A stretch of DNA of 21,346 bases from Thermoproteota archaeon (GTDB lineage: Archaea; Korarchaeota; Korarchaeia; Korarchaeales; Korarchaeaceae), in the NCBI GenBank assembly GCA_027491395.1, contig JAOZFI010000009.1, positions 1 to 21,346 of the forward strand, read 5' to 3'. The notes beneath the pieces are model-generated. The model did no database searches. It was not told where the DNA came from and saw only the letters and a list, made by a program, of their open reading frames with translations. Below, piece by piece: positions 19,101 through 21,346 of this stretch; the stretch's first letter is position 1; each line of letters starts with the position of its first letter. A program made the position numbers and the translations under genes.

Positions 19101-19858
19101 AGTCCCAGCATTACTGAGGAGTTCAGAGGTAAGCTAGCTGTCCATGCATCACCCGAATGATTCAGTGGGAGGGCAATGGTCCTATTGTCAGGAAGGATGA
19201 CCGTGAGCTCCTCTTGAGTTGGGGGGATCGAGGTCACCCTGACGACAACCACATCTCCCGGGAAGTACACCTCCCTCTCCAGCTCTATCATCCCGTGTTG
19301 GGTTTCAGGGTTCACCTCACTCATCTCATGCACTGACACCTCTTCAACGAGTTCTCCGGTCAGGTTCCCGCTGGTAGCCACTATTTTGAGGGTGTAATTG
19401 CCCGTAGGGAGATTAAAAGGCTCTGTACTTCCTACTGAGGTCAAATACATGTCACCTTCTGGGGTTACGACAGTCACGTTCGCTGAGAGTGGGGAGCCTG
19501 TTAGCTCTGAGAAAGTACTGACTACGAACCCTCCACCCCCCTTCCTGAGCTCAACATCTATCCTGTCGAGAACAAAGGAGTAGCTTCCATCGGTCCAAGT
19601 AATTTTGTATGTGCCTAGGGGAAGGGAGCTGGTGTTCAGGATCAAGACATCACCAGCCCAAGAAGCGAATTCGGGTGGGGAAGAGAGATCGATGGTATAT
19701 ATCGTGCCGTTAGGGAAGACCAAGTTGACAGGGGTTTCAGGAATCTTAACCTCTAATCGAAGCCCGGGAGAGATGACCACCGGAGCACCCGAGACTATGA
19801 GATGAGGGAAGGCGACCTGGATCGCGAGCAGTACGAGAAGGAAGGCCGCCCCCCTCAT
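10121..19858 (-). CDS. Giant multidomain cell-surface adhesin-like protein, 3245 aa
   Basis: Uninterrupted ORF; signal peptide; Ig/MG2-like repeats (YFPGD); CARDB-like, SdrD-B-like and lectin-like segments; parallel beta-helix; DUF11-like domains; TM plus RRRK; about 95-aa cytoplasmic tail; many N-x-S/T sequons; RBS GGAGGT overlapping the upstream stop. Confidence 0.9.
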   Translation of the reverse strand: MRGAAFLLVLLAIQVAFPHLIVSGAPVVISPGLRLEVKIPETPVNLVFPNGTIYTIDLSSPPEFASWAGDVLILNTSSLPLGTYKITWTDGSYSFVLDRIDVELRKGGGGFVVSTFSELTGSPLSANVTVVTPEGDMYLTSVGSTEPFNLPTGNYTLKIVATSGNLTGELVEEVSVHEMSEVNPETQHGMIELEREVYFPGDVVVVRVTSIPPTQEELTVILPDNRTIALPLNHSGDAWTASLPLNSSVMLGLYRVSLGNSTADFYVDYYELNASYRDGFVRGTVSYYFVPPKEVRYRFSSGLEGAAEVVNGTFIISVPPDEREVELRCGSSQLSLPLMDRGVELEREVYFPGDMVVVRARFKPSSASLVDPEGRIVPLVFERSGDHWESTYPLNSSVLLGNYSVEVDGVEDHFVVDCYEFELTYEEDKGIVGRVEYQILPPPFLSYEVDGVGGNTSLDNGNFIIPVILSEGVHSVLLTAWGRTFSLSLTIKGSKSWPSAGPHRGEGFSVAYDPVSRRIVVRSPSPDKLVVKMLSMGIKALKKVVRRIGRLNISEYELPATSELLRRFGLPGEVLNTVITSRRVNETVIRLGVKGKLEINYRFSVKIPQGYRVGKIVGDDGRVIVNDIKVNRSTGEVEGEIRWYVDDGVLYFFDDPITGYDITLIPPGPNNSVAIEEVEAGQLSAIVFPYSQGDSSSTIASYDHAGRTEDNWANDIDADAGSKIAVRYTTDGGTRQYGNDGDFYWTGNYFLTEISRENVSANTVPNGMLESVIITEMQAQWSGYELNITQKTIIRDNKRWFATIYYLRNPTSNTYTNLRFFQGMDWNFNGDYYDDDSYYDSSNDVVYGYDSNAPPGDIEYGGFRAEQPSSLHEVGHYGTVWTDILYDRLTNSSSYEGDAGTALAWDRDSLAPGEVWVVPVIWGLGYDMNDMLDQINDGLSQLHDVGIKSIDTPENGSRVNPHVNSTIWINATAALYGIVDEEDVPIKMAVEKIGGGYSSTQTKYVSLYVPHNETAQVSFSLDVVSLSPGAYNITVSSELPGDQNTSNDAKSIVIYVTTFSVEPDQEEKVYPGSEAEYNVTAYNYDEEERFDVSIIQSTKGWATELYEGDTLIAEDSDGDGIWDFIAIGYDSNGNGLPDLLLPLGETNLTVRKIVPSTAPMGEVDLTELNFTKISDTAVYDTVSLYTDTIHPGNVEKQFYLHGDADHTLNTTVPTVSSSETTILSNSLDSWTQSPPFSGEFVISGDVTVTLYLRSYFYFYEDHDVVIDLLYTDGDSVTVIGSVEQMVTLNPSSSPYSFTMPLTNQVSIPKGSYLVLRIKNQAPYPLYIAHDSSHPSKVEVSTFTYIKVAQVETDSEDYSPGDTITVTANVTDPIGAYDISDVVINVFDQSDNLILTDNMGLISEDPGSPPFWRIYRYQFSLSDFGIYTVEVRAVETNGVTHPQNVTIYVSWPIQGRVYEDFGVLGALDSDDVGIPNVRILLYRDDGDGVFDFGDKIIDSEITDSSGRYVLHSVHNGKVYVVVDSSTIISVRGLNPGYTWDDVWAEETFHREWDGSSWTLVQSFGGKDPNMGDMENGQPEHYVEVDPSIYSGESLDFGFSYEVVVNTLDRMKNPVKAIGEVFKLQNVGSSWVPVFTHHFYESPVVVCTHNLPSSSDNEAVVRIKDVSHYSFKVRIQNPSGKPVTPRDVHCLVMEEGSWELDDGRKVEAHRVVSHGTNDNNNWDASLMEHVPYVWAYTSPVVLGQVMSYNDSRWSVFWDSNGDRTEPPDSSNLYVGKHVGEDPVTYRSDELLGVVIVEAGKGSTGGLGYEAQLGPDTVQGVGDSPPYVYSLSGTFTVGVVTQSAMDGTYGGWAVLFGDDPITNELHLAIDKDTLSDSERRHTTEQVAYWVFERPGSIYAKTNELKYAQGSLRQFIVNANAVKGYQRSYFVMMVDPNVAYAGSWRIEINHTLGQLPSFNDSAGASLNGTVFYPNMAVRNSNPGVVGSIGRVGTGPDGIPGTGDECTLGGVEKPELEIYGNGLDGSGIVINASNTWVSRISLYGFGSSYPGGALVLNGTGSMGNISLSQLLVGLTSNGDDPSTYGLARNGAEGIEVNSSGGPSFNVTSSLVAYNGYTGIHVEGGPFEGTIEGVEVFSNGLVNGLEDGVSVEEGAGGVILRCSYIHDNAAYGFDSWNGIGGNVIEEVNVSGNGVVADQGEDGGIRIFGNGTLLNASVIYENAGPGVVIANWSGGSEVSVNNSILVNSIFSNGEVGIDLDTTHPSQPVGDNVTVNDGILRPELPNQGVDYPIITDFSYDPVSDTLYVEGYVNREDLYEGSPTFSDAEVLVFLVNNTDGGDDLIGNDYSGDSQLAKLYGEGWIYLGKLETDPNGEFSGMLDLSSLPDWAEPDGSSALTALLYKNGIGSSEFGPAVKKKPVSVSIKKDIEPLSDCSLSVILTASNLNPWSTTIKVYDAVPDGMVLTSPSETPQGSSGGVYWWFLTLGPSGSPEGTRSITYTLTSLDCGSSDFQLSKALIVGVDPPGMPEVKIDEFLDVLFHYNGSYVVREHWGFLTLINPKGDEISDVRIPIHAPSYEFYPDYPVPSTIAEEPPLRAERVGPGEYVRWRFTAPKDVTPPITLEEELTPQTINCGGVREVELSIRLESTRDVDEVEVMKPVSWASSVIRAAATTGTVDLDGGVVRWRLGPLHSGDAATLSLTLAVEVVEDLHIPDARVRIRGSHPPLLDLIGEMRYVGPASINIVKERVDGGYSISASFSNRAGDLSYNLTSICVYEGEPESGRLVFCENPGAIIGPGSSWSSPAHLDSPASEFPSYYIVANFTGLSMLGGNLSFMTKVGGGFESAAILREPVIRCEGSVTTGRRPVNMTVTRAVPTPNITTEGPSGAPMTPGEGRGEERIQGTEIKATSPLNVSSELVANLSLSKTCSPTEVEVGDPVVCWITVTNTGNVTARELLIIDEPTEGLVPLLGRGIRGRRISWRIDKLSAGESRSFSFVFKASRVGSWANRAYLGNLTASSTIVVKPPEEEVHLQKVGIYSGRGLVEYILRIRGPRGSTAVDELPEGMEIEEVLSHERVDISIEGREVRISARDGAAVVFIVARYPRWIFGGTLTNRARIPGGPESSATLELRGLMRESVLGMISMPMSLLILLFIIFRRRKAMLIDYSALRDLIDRGDLPSFGLVISEATASKALSDPAVSSMVEKLISSGSLHVRVLDEDLVMRSLEVAKNSGLDLWEAAELLLLGGARPPQERR
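18781..19285. repeat. 49-bp direct repeat pair (18781-18829 and 19237-19285), 47/49 identical, marking a 152-aa tandem duplication
   Basis: CCCTGACGACAACCAYATCTCCCGGGAAGTACACCTCCCTCTCCARCTC occurs twice, 456 bp apart; both copies encode ELEREVYFPGD(V/M)VVVR. Confidence 0.9.
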
Positions 19859-19862
19859 ATCA

Positions 19863-20609
19863 CTACCTCCTGAGCCTGACCAGGATGAGAGCGAGAATCA
19901 GGAGTATTATCCCACCCCAGATGACGAAGTAACCATGGAAAGGCATGCGAGGGAGCGGGATACGGCTGAACTCCACCGATATCTTGAAGGAACCTCTTGA
20001 CCTCGTTCCAGATATATCCCATGATTCGCCCTCTAACGGGGGATCGGAGAAGGTTATCCTTTGATTTGGGGGAGGTATAACCCTGAGCGTGCCCTCCTTC
20101 ACCGTATTGGACAGGGGTCCTAAGGAGAAATCCATCTCGTCGAAGAGAACCCCTTTCGCAATCGCCCCGTCGATCCTGAAGATCAACCTGATCCTCTCAA
20201 CATCTCCTGGCTTGAGAGGTTGCCAAAGCGAGTACCTTATCGCACGCGTCCCATTCTTGGTGATGATCAGCGCCTCCATCTTCCTCCTGGTGTCTAAATT
20301 CTCAGCTTCCAAGATGCTTATACTCCCGTTTGAAGTCTTTTCGGAGGGGAGGGGCAATCCTAGGAAGGTCTCCCGCTGAGAGACCGTGAGGGGAATCAAT
20401 CCATACCCGGGTACTACCATGACCTTGCCCTCGTTCCTCAGGGCCGCCGTGAACTCTACTAGGGCTGAGCCGTTAGGAAGCGCCCTCACGACAACGTCCA
20501 ATCTCTCATACACCAAGGGATTGTATTCGGGAGGGAGAGTTTGCTGGGCTCCGACCATAATGGAGGAAGCTGCTAGCATAAGGAGGCACAGGATGACGAA
20601 GGGGCGCAT
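19863..20609 (-). CDS. Secreted, C-terminally membrane-anchored beta-rich protein, 248 aa (start moved from GTG 20621)
   Basis: RBS GGGTGA 8 nt before ATG 20609; signal peptide ending VGA; C-terminal EFSRIPLPRMP-TM-RLRR; stop 4 nt from the giant gene start. Confidence 0.85.
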   Translation of the reverse strand: MRPFVILCLLMLAASSIMVGAQQTLPPEYNPLVYERLDVVVRALPNGSALVEFTAALRNEGKVMVVPGYGLIPLTVSQRETFLGLPLPSEKTSNGSISILEAENLDTRRKMEALIITKNGTRAIRYSLWQPLKPGDVERIRLIFRIDGAIAKGVLFDEMDFSLGPLSNTVKEGTLRVIPPPNQRITFSDPPLEGESWDISGTRSRGSFKISVEFSRIPLPRMPFHGYFVIWGGIILLILALILVRLRR

Positions 20610-20628
20610 CGGGGGATTCACCCTGATT

Positions 20629-20653
20629 CAATAAAAATGTGGGTGAGGGAGAA
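20629..20653 (-). terminator. Pyrimidine/oligo-T tract after the putative major-subunit gene
   Basis: The minus strand reads TTCTCCCTCACCCACATTTTTATTG right after the stop. Confidence 0.35.
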
Positions 20654-21346
20654 TCAGGAGCCCATGAGCATGCTGTGATGCCCCGCTCCTCTCCTCGATC
20701 GCCTTCTGATTTCCATCACCGCCTCGGCAGATATGAGCACTACGGCTAGGAGAAACATCCACGGCTCTATGTTGAATGAGGTGACTCTCATTCCCGTGAA
20801 GGGTGTGAACACAGAGTTGACATCTAAGGTGTTTCTTGGGTCCACACCGACCACGAAGATGTCCGTCACATTGTAGTCACCGCTTCCCAGAACGCAATAG
20901 TGCACGAAAACTGGATTATAGACGTCTATGTCTAAGTTGTCGTAGTGTCCCTTGGCGGTCACTACAACGTAGCCCCCACCGGTAGCGACTGAGTCCTGTA
21001 CGAACTCAACCTTGAAGTAGGTGTCTGCAGCGTCGTCAGATGAATCGGCAAGGAACTCCCCTCCCTCGGCGTAGCTGGTGGAGTTTATGCTCACTGTGCT
21101 GGCATCTATCACCTGCACGTCCCAGTCCCTAGTGCTGCCATCCTTCATGGTGACCGTGATGGTCTTGGTTATGCTGGTGTCTGGGAACCACTCGGCGAAC
21201 CCGCGCTGGACCGGCAGCGGGTAGACCTTCCAGACGTAACCCTTGGTGTACCCTGACGGGCTGGTTATCAGAGAGTAGTCCGGTGGACTGCTGGGGTTGG
21301 CGTCCTGAGCTAGCATGTTCAGAGGGTAGAGCTTCATGTTACCCTC
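20654..21346 (-). CDS. C-terminal part (at least 230 aa) of a membrane-anchored surface protein, probably truncated by the window edge
   Basis: Frame is open to the window end (GAG GGT AAC before ATG 21337) and there is no signal peptide at that Met; the C-terminus has VGVDP, EPW, a TM helix and RRRSRR. Confidence 0.85.
   Translation of the reverse strand, partial: EGNMKLYPLNMLAQDANPSSPPDYSLITSPSGYTKGYVWKVYPLPVQRGFAEWFPDTSITKTITVTMKDGSTRDWDVQVIDASTVSINSTSYAEGGEFLADSSDDAADTYFKVEFVQDSVATGGGYVVVTAKGHYDNLDIDVYNPVFVHYCVLGSGDYNVTDIFVVGVDPRNTLDVNSVFTPFTGMRVTSFNIEPWMFLLAVVLISAEAVMEIRRRSRRGAGHHSMLMGS

Noticed and set aside
1-21346. CRISPR arrays, tRNA/rRNA genes, transposases, integrases, diversity-generating retroelement
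   Set aside because: None seen by eye. The 49-bp repeat has only two mismatches, both copies are coding, and no reverse transcriptase is present in the window.

Overview
Archaeal DNA, probably from a (hyper)thermophile. AGG/ATA codons, GGTGA ribosome-binding sites and apparently leaderless genes point to an archaeon; a Korarchaeota/Thermoproteota assignment is an inference only. The left half (+ strand) holds a classical SDR, a complete dppABCDF peptide ABC operon with a translationally coupled sixth membrane-anchored ORF, a flavin reductase and an extended SDR. The right half (- strand) is the distal part of a tightly packed cell-surface operon that runs off the right edge. It has (i) the C-terminus of a probable major subunit ending in ...DYNVTDIFVVGVDP-linker-EPW-TM-RRR, (ii) a 248-aa secreted, C-anchored protein, and (iii) a 3245-aa mosaic adhesin-like protein. 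The adhesin carries the same VGVDP motif internally, CnaB/DUF11-like Lys-Asp-Asn triads, a lectin-like cassette inserted in a conserved motif, a beta-helix and a cytoplasmic PIN-like tail. The last gene (iv) is a 2-TM protein with an Lrp/AsnC-type HTH. This operon is the best candidate for an undescribed system, possibly a covalently linked or self-processing archaeal surface filament with membrane-coupled regulation. All family calls come from recognising motifs by eye; no searches were run.
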